A stretch of 64,000 bases of DNA, taken from Camelus dromedarius (lineage: Eukaryota). Positions within the stretch are counted from its first letter, which is position 1; each line of letters opens with the position of its first letter. The notes below the pieces were generated by a model. It saw nothing but the letters and a program-made list of their open reading frames with translations, made no database searches and was not told where the DNA came from. Shown here in pieces: positions 1-12,809 of the stretch. Where the stretch lies: contig NC_087437.1 in assembly GCF_036321535.1 (NCBI RefSeq), positions 80,230,001 through 80,294,000 on the forward strand, given 5' to 3'. The position numbers were made by a program, and so were the translations under genes.

Positions 1-678
1 ATTCCATCCAGCCTGGGATGTGATTCATCCCTTTGCCCAGCATATCCTGCTCTTTAGTTACTTAGTAGCCACCTTGGTTATCAGATGGACTGCCATGGTG
101 TCACAGTACTTGTATTCAGGTAACCGTTATTTTACTTGATAATGGCCCCAAAGCAAGAGAGTAGTGATGCTGGCAATTGGGATATGCCAAAGAAAAGCCA
201 TAAAGTGCTTCCTTTAAGTGAAAAACTGAAAGTTTTTGACTTAATAAGGAAAGAAAAAAATATCATATGCTGAAAGTGCTGATCTACAATAAGAACAAGT
301 CTTCTGTGAAATTGTTAAGAAGAAAAAAGAAATTCATGCTAGTTTTGCTGCCAAAAATCAAACTGCAAAAGTTACGGTCACAGTGCAATAAGGGCTTAGT
401 TAAGACAGAAAAAGCACTAAATTTGTATAACAAGATATTTTGAGAGAGAGAGAGACCACATTCACATAACTTTTATTATAGTATTATTGTTATAATTTTC
501 CTATTTTATTAGTTATTGTTGTTAATATCTTACTGTGCCTAATTTAGAAAGTTTATCGTAAGTATGTTGGAATAGGGAAAAAATATAGTATATATATATA
601 GGGTTTGATACTATCCAAGATTTCAGGCATCTACTGGGGGTCTTGAAATGCAACCCTCTAAAATAAGGGGGAGCTACT
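1..678 (+). mobile_element. TcMar-Tigger DNA transposon remnant (MER44/Tigger7-like)
   Basis: gatatgccaaagaaaagccataaagtgcttcc and ttcaggcatctactgggggtcttg motifs; terminal repeat completed at 1334-1351. Confidence 0.8.
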
Positions 679-1333
679 AACTCTTCAAGTTAGTGTTTTT
701 GTTTTTTTTGGATAAATGACCAGGAGTGGAACTGATGAATCATATGGTAGCTCTATTTTTAATTTTTGTAGGAACCTCCATAATGTTTTCCATAGTGCTG
801 CACCAATTTACATTCCCACCAACAGTGTACAAAGGTTCCCTTTTCTCCACATCTTCACTAACACTTGTTATTTGTTGTCTTTTTGATAATAGCCATTCTA
901 ACATATGTGATATGACATTTCATTGTGGTTTTGATTTACATTTCTCAGATGATTAATGATGTTGAGCATCTTTTCATGTACCTGTTAGCCATCTGAATGT
1001 CTTCTTTGGAAAAATATCTATTCAGATCTTTTGCCCATTTTTTAAATCAAATTGTTCAGGTTTTGAGGGGAGGAGTTGTTTTAGTTCTTTATATATTTTG
1101 GATATTAGTCCCTTGTCAGATATACAACTTGTAATCATTTTGTCCAATTCAGTAGACTGCCTTTTAATTTTGTTGATAGTTTCCTTTGCTATGTAGAAGC
1201 TTTTTAGTTTGATATAGTCCCACTTATTTACTTTTGCTTTTGCTGCTTTTGCTTTTGGTGTCAGATTAAGAAAACCACCTCTAAGACCTGTATCAAGGAG
1301 CATGTCACCTATCTTTTCTAGGAGTTTTATGGT
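679..1333 (-). mobile_element. L1 ORF2 C-terminal fragment inserted in the Tigger end
   Basis: ORF 1022-1354 contains [22 protein letters not shown], an L1 ORF2 C-terminal motif. Confidence 0.9.
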
Positions 1334-2029
1334 TAAGGGGGGACTACTGTACAAGCATTAATTGAATACCTACTATTATGTCAACCACTGTGCTTTGAGA
1401 TTCTGTGAAAGTTCAGGGACAATAAGAAACACTCCCTGGACTCTAGGAAATGCCTGTCTGAGAACCAATGATCATACAGATTATACAAGTAAGTGAACCA
1501 AATGCTCAGTGAAGTCTGAGAATGGAGTCTCCAAGATGAAATGTTGGCCTTGTAGTACAGAGGTCTTACGAGCACTATACCTAATGTTCCCACTCATTAT
1601 TCTATCTCAATCCCTAGCAGGTACCTAGCATAGAGCCAGTCCTCAGTAAGTAATTTTAAATAAATAATTATATCCACTTGCAAACTCCAGATGATCTGAG
1701 TTACATTATTCAGATGTCACAGAGCCAAACCAGATAAATTAGAGCACTTTTAAACTGTGTTTAAGCAGTGTGATTCATGAAAATAATTCCAATGTCAGGC
1801 TGGCCCTGAAATCAGTGAAGCATCTCAACCCTGCTGGCTTCTCCACCTGCCTACACAGCTTATCTCTAATGAAGATGTCTTATTGATCCTCAGGTTTGAC
1901 CAGGCACGCAAGCCTTTGTGCAATTTTTGTGCAGACTCTGTTTTGAATATCTCCAGATACAGAAGATTCACTTCCCTTCAAGGCTCTGTAGAGCTCAGAC
2001 AAATTTAGAAACCCTTCTTTGCAGTAAGA

Positions 2030-2620
2030 TAAAATCTATCTTCCTGAAACCTCAGCCCAATTGCCCTAGTTTTAACCCCTGCTACCACAGAAAACAAATC
2101 TCATACCTCTACACAGAATAACCCCTCAGATACTTGAAGACTGAAACTCACTGAACCTTTTCTTAGGCTGACTAAATACATCTTCAGTATTACCAATTAT
2201 CCCTCACATTCCAGATTCCCTTATTTCTCTGACTCGTCTCTGTTAAACACATTCTTATTTACTTACATGCTTTATTAAGTGCAGCATACAGAATAGAACA
2301 TAGGTACTCCAATGTGACTCAATCGGCATAAAGTAGACAAGTACTATCACCTTCTCTATTCCAGATTTCATATCTTAATTAATGTGGCTTGTGATCATAT
2401 TACATTTTTATAATAATCGTAGCACACTACTAACATATGTTGTGTTTATTGTCAACTAAATTTTTCACATAAGATATCACTAAGTTATATTTCCACATCT
2501 GGGGGGAAATTTTATAGTTGGTTTTTTAATGCAAGGCAGGGTTTATCTTTTTTCCTATTATAATCTTATAATTCCAGTACATCTCTTCAGATCCTAACAC
2601 TGTCATTTAGCAACTTCAAT
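2030..2620 (-). mobile_element. L3/CR1 LINE remnant
   Basis: cagaatagaacataggtactccaatgtg...actatcaccttctc...gtcaactaaa pattern. Confidence 0.6.
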
Positions 2621-2885
2621 ATCCCCCTAAGTTTAAATGTAACCATTTATTAGTTCAAAAATATGTTATTTTTTGGTGTCTCATTGTTCTAAGCACTGGG
2701 GATTCAACAGTGAACAAGACAGAAAAAAACCTCTGCTTACGGAGAATTCACATTTAGAAGTGGTAAGGCGATGGGTATAGGAAGGAGGGCTGAGAAAGGG
2801 AGCATCATAGGGTGGTGGGGACAGAGAAAGCCTCTATTTGCATCCTCTAAGAGTGAATGAGCCTTCTCATTCCTGTATCATATAC

Positions 2886-3607
2886 CTCTGTTTCATATGA
2901 GTTAGGCTGATCCTTCTCCTCAAGTTGACAAAAACACTCCAGGCATGTTCTCTCAATCAGGTGTAGTTCTCTGTTGTCAACAGGAATGCCCCCTGAAAAC
3001 CTGGCATAAACTGTATGTTGCATTTCCTTGATTTTCTTCCAAGTAATCACTCAAGTGCCCTAAGATAAACTTTCATAACCTTCCTTGGGAGTATATCTGG
3101 GCTGACCCAGTCTGAGGTACAAACACAGTTACATCTATTTTATTTTTCTAATTTATCACTTAAATCCCCCTGGTTTTCCTTAGAGAGCTGCATACCAAGA
3201 GGGGATACTGAGAGATGCTGCCTTTATAAAGTCAAGACTTGTAAGACCTCCTTCAGACCCTTTCCTTTAGATATCAGACTCCTGTGTTTATATAACTGAA
3301 GGGAACCATTTGTGATTTTTCAAATGTAAAAAGTTGATCCAAATGTAACAAGTTATCTCTTCCTCTATATTTGGAAGAAGCTGGAATATTAATTTTGGAA
3401 AGTACCCTATTTTCATTGCATTTAGTGAAGGGGGCCATTTCTTCAAGAATAGTTTTTAAAACCCTTGGCTTATGAACACGGTAAAGGTGAAAAGGAAGGT
3501 AGAGATCAGGGATCTAAGAGTCTGATCTGCTTTTCCATCAGGAAAATTAGGGGAAATTCTCTTTCCTTTTTCCACATCTCCCATTTTCTTTCCCTTTTTA
3601 ATTTCAC
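2886..3607 (-). pseudogene. Degraded large exon (...LPFHLYRVHKPRVLKTILEEMAPFTKCNENRVLSKINIPASSKYRGRDNLLHLDQLFTFEKSQMVPFSYINTGV*...GIPVDNRELHLIERTCLECFCQLEEKDQPNSYETE)
   Basis: Long protein-like runs in shifting frames in non-repeat DNA; donor GAG|gtatat. Confidence 0.5.
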
Positions 3608-4499
3608 CTCCCAGAAGGAGAAGCCAAGACTGAGGAGTGATACTGGGCAAAACTGGAAAAAGTATAGAAGCTGGGTCAGAAGACGTTGAGCTGGCCAGAA
3701 ATATAAATCATTTTTAATTTTCAGCCTTCCAAACTAGTCCTGACACCTCTCCTCAGGCCTTGGCAATCTACTTCACAACCAGAGAGCTACAGGCAGGCAG
3801 CCTGATGGGAATTTTAGTGACACATCAACCATTCACCTGCCCTCGGCAAAGTACTCTCCCACACCCTCCTACCTCCATCTCACTCAACCAGGTCCTAGAG
3901 GCGCCTAGAGCTTGGCACACCACCACAAGGCCGTCCCTCCCAACAGAGTCAGTCTTTCCCCCATGGCCCCAAGCCCAAGATTTCCCTTCCTGCCTACTCA
4001 AGTCATCAACACATCCTTGTGCTTTCTCTGGTCTTGGTTATCAACTCTGGATGAAAAGATGAAATCTGGCTTATTTACACCTTAGGAAGGAGTCTGTTAA
4101 CCAAAATACATCTCTTGGAAGTGGGGTATGATTTATTAGGCTTCAAATTACTCCGCATTGATTTTTGTCCCGTCTAGTCAAGGGTGGAAAATATAGGACA
4201 CCCACATTACTCAGCTGAACACAGCTGCTCCTCTAGGTTACTTTGGCACGTGACTTATACCAATGGCATGGGACTCAATCAAAACAAAGAAACAAATGCT
4301 CTGGTTTCACAATTGTATGCATATGTCCAAACTCATCAAATTTAGACATTAAATATATACTAATTTTTTATTAATTATACCTCAATAAATCTGTTTTTTT
4401 TTAAAGGGCCGTCACTTCAGAGGAAGTGAGATTTGTCCAACAAATTCTTCAAACTCTGATGGGAAGGGTAAGTACTCCAGATGCATATGGTAATGATTA

Positions 4500-4620
4500 C
4501 AATAAAATAGTAACAGCAGCTAACACATAGAGATTTATAATGCACTTTACATAGATTATCTCATTTAACATATGCAACAATTCTATAGGAGAATTACTAT
4601 TATCACAATTTCAGAAAGTA
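4500..4620 (-). mobile_element. MIR
   Basis: gcactttacatagattatctcatttaa core. Confidence 0.6.
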
Positions 4621-4779
4621 GGGAATTTCTATTTTATCTAATTCTTTAAGTATCAATGAACTTTCTCTAGTATTCCACTCTTAGGACTGGAAAGGCTGGA
4701 CTTTAAGGCCAGAAAGACTCCCAATTAGAGTGGTTGGGCCCTTTTCCCCACACACCACACTCACAGGCAGCTACCTTCC

Positions 4780-4996
4780 CTTTCCTGAAGCAGACAGGCT
4801 GCATCATTCTCCATATATGGGACCCAATGATTTCATATTGCTTTCAGCAATTATATGAAGAGACATATGACTAAAACAGCCTTTTATTCTCTCCCACAGT
4901 ATTGCATTTACAGAATTCTCCACTTGAACACGTTTTCTTTAGTTTAAACTTCTCTGCAAGAAATACTGCCTCAAACACACTGGTATCTTGGCCTTC
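4780..4996 (-). pseudogene. Possible pseudo-exon: EGQDTSVFEAVFLAEKFKLKKTCS...
   Basis: Acceptor attattctag|GAA; protein-like; 3' end uncertain. Confidence 0.35.
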
Positions 4997-5559
4997 CTAG
5001 AATAATCCTTACAGGCACATGTATTTATTAAGACAAAGACCATACTGTCTGGTATTAAAAGCCAAGGCAGGGTATGAAAATTTAATCTCCAGCTACCTAA
5101 GGACGGGCTAACCCTCAGCATGTACTTGCAAGTAAAATACTACATAGAACACTCCCTAGTCAAACTCTTTCCTGGGTGGCAACTTTTGAGAGAAGCCAAC
5201 CTGAAGTGTTTTATTATGGTTTATACTTCTGCATGTGAATTTGTGTTACCTGTTAAAGCATTGAGCTTGCTGTGTATTGCCTAACAAGAAAGTGTTCATG
5301 GTATAAAGTAGAGGATCAAAATGTTTCAATGGGATAAACATTTTGAAGGAAAACAATAAATGAATAAAAAGCAGGAAGTGGGAAAACCTCTCAGGAAATA
5401 TATTTGTCTTGAGTCACATTTCCCCCAGAACTCGATTTCCATCTTCTGTCTCCTTGTAAAGGATTACCTTTGAAAATACTTGTTGCACAGTGAGTATAAG
5501 AGGTTTTTAGAAGCATGTGAAAGCAAAGGCTTGGCTGGGAAGGATTTTTCTTCTGCTCT

Positions 5560-7060
5560 TTTTTCAAATTTTATTTTATTGCGGTAAGAATACTTAGCAT
5601 GAGACCTACCCTCTTAACAAATTTTTAAGCGTACAAGATAGTCCTGTTGACTATAGGCACAATGCTGTACATTGCATCTCTAGAACTTACTCATTCTGCT
5701 GAACTGAAACTTTATGCCTGTTGATTAGAAACTCCCCATTTCTCCCTCCACCCAGACCCTGGAAATCACCATTCCAGTCTTTGATTCTATGAGTTTGACT
5801 ATTTTAGATACCTCATATACATGGAATCATGCCATATTTTTCTTTCTGTGACCGGCTTATTTCACTTAGCATAATGTGCTAAGTCATCCATGTTGTTACA
5901 CGTTGCAAAATTTCCTTCTTTTTTTTAATGCTGAGTAATATTCCATTGCATGTATAGACCATATTTTCTTTATCTATTCATCCACTGATGGAAATTTAGT
6001 TGTTCCATTGCAAATAGTGCTGCAATGAACATGAGAGTGCTAATACCACTTTGAGATCCTGATTTCAATTATTTTGAATAAATACCCAAAAGTGGTATTA
6101 CTGTATCATATAGCACCACTATTTTTAATTTTTGTGCAACCTATTTTCCATAGCTGCTACACCATTTTTCATTCCCACCAAAAGTGTGCATGATTTCCTA
6201 TTTCTCCACATCCTTGACAATACTTGTTGGCTTTTTTTTTTCATAATACCCACCCTGACTGTATTACCATGTGAGGTGATAGCTCATTGTGGTTTTGATT
6301 TGTATTAAATTCCAATGGCATTTTTTCATAAACAGAAAAAAATAATTCCCAAATTCATCTGTAATCACAAAGGACCACAAATAACCAAATCAATCTTTAA
6401 AAAGAAGAAAAAGCTGGAGGCATTACAGTTTCTAAGTTCAAAATATATTATAAGCTATGACAGTGAAAATTGTATGGTATTGGCATAAAGATAGACATAT
6501 ATAGATCAATGGAACAGAACAGACAGCCAAGAAATAAATCCAAACATATAAAGTCAGCTGATCCTTGACAAAGGTGCCAAGAATACACAATGTGGAAAGG
6601 ATAATCTCTTCAACAAATGGTGTCAGGAAAACTGGATATCCATATGCAAAAGAATGAAATTGGACCCTTATCTTACACTACACACAAAAATCAACTTTAA
6701 ATGGATTAAAGACTTAAATGTAATGCTTGAATCTCTGAAACTTTTAGAAGAAAACAGGTGGAAAGTTCATGACATGGGTCTTGACAGTGATTTCATGGGT
6801 ATGACACTAAAAGCACAGGCAACAAAAGCAAAAAGACGTTAAGTGGGACTACATCAAACTAAAAAGCTTCTGCACAGAAAAGGAAGTAATCAACAGAGTG
6901 AAAAGGCAACTTGTGGAGTGACAGAAAATATTTGCTAACCATATATCTGATAAGAGGTTAATATTCAACATATATAAGGATCCCACACAACTCAAAAGAA
7001 GAAAACTAAAATGGTCAAAGGAATTGAATAGACATTTCTCAAAAGAAAACAGAAGCTGCC
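5560..7060 (-). mobile_element. 5'-inverted (twin-primed) L1: 3' end on minus (5560-6305), inverted ORF2 part on plus (6306-7055)
   Basis: [25 protein letters not shown] on plus; 3' UTR on minus; flanking tcttct(t)gctct. Confidence 0.85.
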
Positions 7061-7281
7061 TCTTCTTGCTCTACTTTTTACATTAGTGTTGAGAGTTAAG
7101 CTTCTTCAGGGTGAAGCATTAAATGGTATTTTAATGTCTAGAGAATCCCTTAGGCTTTGACAACTGTCAGCTGTTATGAGACATAAAAGCTTTATCCATC
7201 TTTCTCATCTCCATCTTTCTCAGCAGAGTGCTAGGGGAAGGCATAATTATTTCATAGATTTACTTGATTCAAAATTAATAC

Positions 7282-7435
7282 CCATCTGGTCTTTGATACT
7301 GTAAGAGGAGAAGCTCATTGTGGTATCAGGAGTCAACCCAGTAGTAACAGACCCCAAAGAACTATCAAGTCTTTCCCAAGCAGCAAAAGTAGGATGTTAT
7401 TAATTAGTAAAACTAGACATGAAATACTTCTTTCT
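7282..7435 (-). pseudogene. Pseudo-exon: RKKYFMSSFTN**HPTFAAWERLDSSLGSVTTGLTPDTTMSFSSYSIKDQM
   Basis: Strong acceptor tttcccttgtctttag, donor TGG|gtatta. Confidence 0.5.
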
Positions 7436-7558
7436 CTAAAGACAAGGGAAATTATTTTCAAAAAACATCAGAAAATAGAAAACAAATAATTAAGGTAGCC
7501 ATGCACCTACAAGGGAAGGTTAACATAAGTTAAGTTCTTTGCTGCTGACCAAGGTTAC

Positions 7559-7674
7559 CACACATGGGCAATGTGAATACATGAGGTCAACAAAGTTTGT
7601 TACTGAATTTTTCAGAACTGGTCCAAAAAGAAATCAACATCATCTCTGGAATCTGGAAAACATGTACGTTCCAC
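7559..7674 (-). pseudogene. Pseudo-exon: VERTCFPDSRDDVDFFLDQF*KIQ*QTLLTSCIHIAHV
   Basis: Acceptor tttatcttgaag|GTG, donor TG|gtaacc; two stops; phases do not match neighbours without a frameshift. Confidence 0.55.
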
Positions 7675-7878
7675 CTTCAAGATAAATTTAGTCTTTTGGT
7701 TTTGTTTTATTTTATTCTTAATTTTAAAGAATGCAGTTTTAATAATTCTGAGCTTAATGATGATAACAGCTGAAGCAAACAGCAGTCCTGAGGAGAGGAG
7801 AACCAACTTCCCCCTGCAAGCTTCCTACATTGAGAAAGACATCCTTTGCTGGAACATAAGGATATGGATTCAGCATAC

Positions 7879-7922
7879 CTTTCCTCAGCCTAAATTTGGC
7901 ATCTGTGGTGGTCTCTATCACT
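7879..7922 (-). pseudogene. Small pseudo-exon: VIETTTDAKFRLRK
   Basis: Acceptor atactag|A, donor AAG|gtatgc; 44 nt. Confidence 0.45.
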
Positions 7923-8296
7923 CTAGTATTCAAGCAAAAATGAAAACCTTTCATTCTCTACGTTTACCTTTCCTCCCACTTCCATTGCTACTTTGCCAGA
8001 TCTGGTCCTCATCACCACAAGAATGAATTTGGCAACAAGATTTCTGGTGGCTCCATTTTTTTCTGCTAGGCTTCTCCTTTAGGCTACCTGTGCTTAGATG
8101 TAAGTTCCTTAAGAGCAGGCACCATTCATTTGTATTCCAAGCATCTTATGCAACTTCTGATACACAATGAGGCTCCTTTAATATTTATTTCACAGTGAGT
8201 GAATAACTGAGTGAGCTTCCTAAATATTACTCATTGTGTCATTCCTCTGCTCAAATCTCATTAATGGCTGGCCACAAGCCTACCTCATCAATAAAG

Positions 8297-8938
8297 GAGT
8301 TGATTGTCATTATTTGCAGATTTCATCTTTGCAAATTTGCCTACTTGCTAAAATCTATTTGTAATCCCACAATCAGTACTCAGATACTTTCAAGATCATT
8401 CATGAACATGTATAAAGCAGAGAAAAATTTGAGTCACCTAGTGTGCATGTTCCCAGTTGAGTTTGAAAAGGTGACACTATGCCTTTTTGATTCAGCTCTT
8501 AAACTATAAAGAAGTGTCTTTTTGTAGTCTATTTAGTGCCCATGTTTTTCTTATTTATGTGCTATTTTTGGTTGACTTTGCTGTTTGAAAGGGCTCCCCA
8601 AGCATAATGCTGTAATGCTATCTAGTGTTCCTAAGCCCAACAAGGTTGTGAGACATCTTATGGAGAAAATACATGTGCTAGATAATCTCTGTCCAGGCAT
8701 GAGCTATAATGCTGTTGGCCATTATTCCAATGTTAATGAATCAACGGTATGTATTAAGTATGAAGTCTTTAAACAGAAACATACACACAAAAAAAGATTA
8801 TGAAGGAAATATTGTGAACAGAGGCTCACTGGAACTTAACATTCTATTTCCTCTATGGGAAACAGTTCAGTATTTGCTAATTCAGTGTTCACGGTGACTT
8901 TATAGAACATATTGACCACAGATAATTAGAATTGACTG
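8297..8938 (+). mobile_element. MER82-like TcMar-Tigger non-autonomous element, near full length
   Basis: Ends gagttgattgtcattatttgc / agaattgactg-ta; body matches recalled consensus. Confidence 0.8.
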
Positions 8939-9654
8939 TAAATTGTCTCTAATGGCTTACAGGTACCTTATTAATCTGGCTGTGCTATCTGTATTGCCTC
9001 AGCCCCTCCTTCCTTTAGCAAGCAAAATGCCCCCCAGTCACCTTACACCACTAGCCCATGCTGCTGTGGCCTGCGGGTCCTCTATGCCTTCTTTCATGTG
9101 GTTCTGTCACACAGACCATCAAAGTCCTCTTCAGACTGTACCTTCTCCATGAAGTCTTTCCTTCAGAGTTCAGCCCCAACTAACAGACCCATCTTTGAAT
9201 TTTTAATAACTTGTCTGTATCACAGCACTTAGCATTTAATCACATGCAATCTTGACTTAATCCTGATGTAATATTATTTGCTATCCAGTTTGATGATAAT
9301 CACCTTGATAGCAAGCATTCACCTCATATTCATATCAATTTCGTTTACTTATGCTTATTTATACATATACTGCCTATCTAATATGTCTAAATGGTTTCAA
9401 TCTGCCTTTTAAAGTTGTGATTATGGAATGATAGAGCTATACAGACATTTAAAACTTTATGCCACTTAATTTTATAGATGAGGAAACCAAGATCTAATGA
9501 GTGATTTGTCCAAAAACATGTCATTTTTATGTCAGAAACTGAAGGAGATGCCATGACTCCCAAAGCTGGACATTTCCCCCTCCTCTAACCATCTGTAATG
9601 AAACTGCTTCCATTGCCAGGTGTTTTTATATAAACAAATATTTGCAATACTTAC

Positions 9655-9809
9655 ATTTATTAAAATGAAAAATTGGAATTAAATAAATGCTGAACTCTAG
9701 CTCATTCTAGAAAATATCCATGATCATCTACAGACACGTAAACCAGCTGAGGCGAAACAAATAGCAGCTACCCAGCTCCGTGAGAGATTCATTTCCAACA
9801 AGATTCTAC
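9655..9809 (-). pseudogene. Pseudo-exon, 155 nt: VESCWK*ISHGAG*LLFVSPQLVYVSVDDHGYFLE*ARVQHLFNSNFSF**
   Basis: Acceptor taaag|GTA, consensus donor |gtaagt; ends in phase 2, matching the 7922 exon. Confidence 0.5.
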
Positions 9810-10059
9810 CTTTATGTCGAATGATTATGTTTAAAATTAATCTTTTGGTCATTAGTATGCTAGTTATTTTTTGCATTTAAGTCTTATAGTCATGGGAAAC
9901 TTTAAAAACAATTTAAGTTTCAGTCTATATTTCTGTAACAGAAAAGTGGGATAAGATAATTAAGACAAGATTTTCAAAAATAAGACAGTATATTAGGATA
10001 AAATTAGGAAAGAAGAGTGGACTAGAACTGTAAGTTCAAGAAGCTAACAAAATAACAGG

Positions 10060-12610
10060 AAGGGACAAAAGTGGTGACAGAGGAGGCCCCTGAACATCCC
10101 TCCTCCCACAGAAACACTGAATGTACAGCTGTGTAAGGAGCATCCCCCTGAGAGAAACCCGGAAACGAGTTGAGTGACTCCTACCCATTAGGCAAAAGAG
10201 AAAATATCCATATTGAAACAAGAAGGAAAAGCAGAGACACACTCTTACCATAAACCTCACCCCCAAAATAGTGCCATACAATTGGGAAGGAACTCTCAAC
10301 TCCTAACTTCTCCCTGAAGAAGAAAGGGTTTGGACCATACCTCTAGTCCCTTGACTTCTTTTCCTCTTACTTTTGGCGGGAGGTAATCAGGTTTATTCAT
10401 TTACTTTTTTAGAGGAGGTACTGGAGATTGAACCCAGGACCTCATGCATGCCAAGCATGCACCCTACCACTTGAGCTATATAATTACCATGTGAGAAATG
10501 TGTCCTCACAACATTTAGCTCTGAAAGCCAACAGGGTTTGAGTCATGAAATCCACAGGACTAGAGCAAACAAAGAAGCAGTTTTTAATGGGCATGCTTCA
10601 CAGTGGGTACCCCTCCAGGGCTCAGCACAAAAGGAACAGGCAAAATGCCTATCTCCCAGTCTTTCACTGGGAGGGGTCTGACTGCATATTTCACAAGCTG
10701 CTGCTTGAGAGTCCAGCTTCTAATTAGCACATATCTACATGTTGATCCATGACCTTCCCTGGAGTCCAAAAGAGCCAGGGGGCACTTTCTCCACCTTCTC
10801 CCTCCTCCTCCCTCCAACTAAAAACCAAGTCACTGGTACCTCCCTGGAAGGAGTTTGTACACATATCTATTACTTCAACTTTTATAGCTTTCACCTGAGG
10901 ATCCGGCTCTCAAAACACCTTGCTTTGATAGCCAACAGGGCTTACATTCATGAGTTCCACAGGATTACAGCAAACAAAAGCAGTCTTTAAGCAGATGCAC
11001 CTTCAGCAACTATAAACTCAGACTCAGTGCAGAGGGAACATGCAAAAATGCCCAACTCCCAGAGTCTAAGCTGCTACTTGAGGGTTTGGTTTCTAATCAG
11101 CCTTCATCAAGGTGCTAACTGTGAGCCTCCCCTTTGGGGCACTAATGCTTCTTGGCACACCCTCTACTGCTGGGAACCACTAAGAACAAAGATGAAGGCC
11201 TGGACCATCACAACAATTTGATAGATAACCAGGAGTTTAGTCTGGGCTAATTGATGAGGTTAATCTGCTACACAAGACCAGTCTATCAAGACTGGGAGAG
11301 GTGGCTGTTTTATCTAATGCACAGAAGTCAACAGAGAGAGTCAAAGAAAATGAAGAAACAAAGAAATATGTTCCAAGCAAAAGAACAAGATAAATCTCTA
11401 GAAATCAATCATAATGAAACAGAGATGTGATTTACCCATTAGAGAGTTTAAAGTAATGGTCATAAAGATACTCACTAGGGTCAGAAGAGCACGAATGAAC
11501 ACATTAAGAATTTCAACAGAGACAGAAAATGTAAAAATGTACCAAAAGATACCATCAAGCTGAAAAAGACAATAACTGAACTGAAAAACTCAATAGAAGG
11601 ATTCAACAGCAGACCAGATCAGTGCAAGAGAAGATCAATGAGTCCAAAGATAGGGCAGTGGAATTCATCTAGTCAGAGGAGGAAAAAAAAAAAAAACACA
11701 ATGAAAAGAGTGAAGATAGCTTAAAGGACTTATGAGACAACATCAGTGGGACAATGTCAACTGGATCAATACACTCCTCTCCCAGAAGAAGAGAGAGAGA
11801 AAGGGGCAGAAAGCGTATTCAAAAAAAAAAAAAAAAAAAAAAGTCCAAAAACTTCCCTAACCTGGGGAAAAGAAACAAAAGAATTTACAAAAGATGTAAA
11901 TTGTGATATCAAACAAAAGAAGATCCAGGATGCCCAAAAGTACCAAAAAAAGATGACTCTAAAGAGACTCACACCAAGACACATCATAATTAAATTGTCA
12001 AAAGTTAAAGACAAAAAGAGAATCTTCAAAACAACATGAGAAAAATCATTTGTTAAGTACAAGGGAACCCCCCATAACCTACCCTTAGATTTTTCAGCAG
12101 AAACTTTGCAGGCCACTAAGGAGTGCCACAATACATTCAAAGTGCTGGAAGAAAAAACTGCCCACCAAGAACACTCAAGGTGGCAAAAATAGTTCTCAAG
12201 TATTGAAAGAGAAATAATGAGTTTTCAAAACAAGCAAAAGCTGAAGGAGTTCAGCACCACTAGACCTGCCTTACAAAAAAATGGTAAAAGGAAGTTCTTC
12301 AAGCTGAAATGAAAGGTAATTAGTAACATGAAAGCACATGAAAGTATAAAACTCACTGGTAAAGGTAAATATATAGTTAAATTCAGAATACCCAAAGATT
12401 ATAATGGTACTGGATAAATTACTTAACACTCTAGTATAAAAGTCAAAAGATAAAAGTATTAACTGTAATCATAATAATTTGTCAGTGAATACACAATACA
12501 AAAGATGTAAATTGTGATACCAAACACATAAAATATGGGGAGGGGAGAATAAAGATGTAGTGCTTTTGTATGCATCTGAAATTAAGTTATCTTAAAATAG
12601 ATTGCTAAAA
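10060..12610 (+). mobile_element. Old L1 5' portion (5' UTR, ORF1, inter-ORF)
   Basis: ORF1 peptide TPRHIIIKLSKVKDKKRIFK; gatttttcagcagaaactttgcaggcca. Confidence 0.85.
10355..10480 (-). mobile_element. tRNA-derived camelid SINE (vic-1-like)
   Basis: Reverse tRNA-like head gagattgaacccaggacctcatgcatgccaagcatgcaccctaccacttgagctata with A/B boxes. Confidence 0.8.
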
Positions 12611-12809
12611 CTGTAATAGCTTAAAATGTCAGTAGGTAGAACGCACCAGAAATTACATTTGCAACTACTCAAACCTGTAAAGAAAAACTGTGGCTATCAA
12701 CTTCAACTGCATGATGAGGTACCTAGTTCTACACAAGTATTTTAAGAGGTATGTAAGCAAAAACTTTTGACCGTCATTGCTCTAAGCTTCCTACAGTTGT
12801 ACTTTAGCT

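Noticed and set aside
9734..9779. Plus-strand mini-exon TRKPAEAKQIAATQL with ag/gt ends
   Set aside because: Isolated; overlaps a minus-strand block with a stronger donor and matching phase.
10410..10480. tRNA-like sequence with A/B boxes
   Set aside because: Head of a tRNA-derived SINE with a non-tRNA body; no complete cloverleaf.
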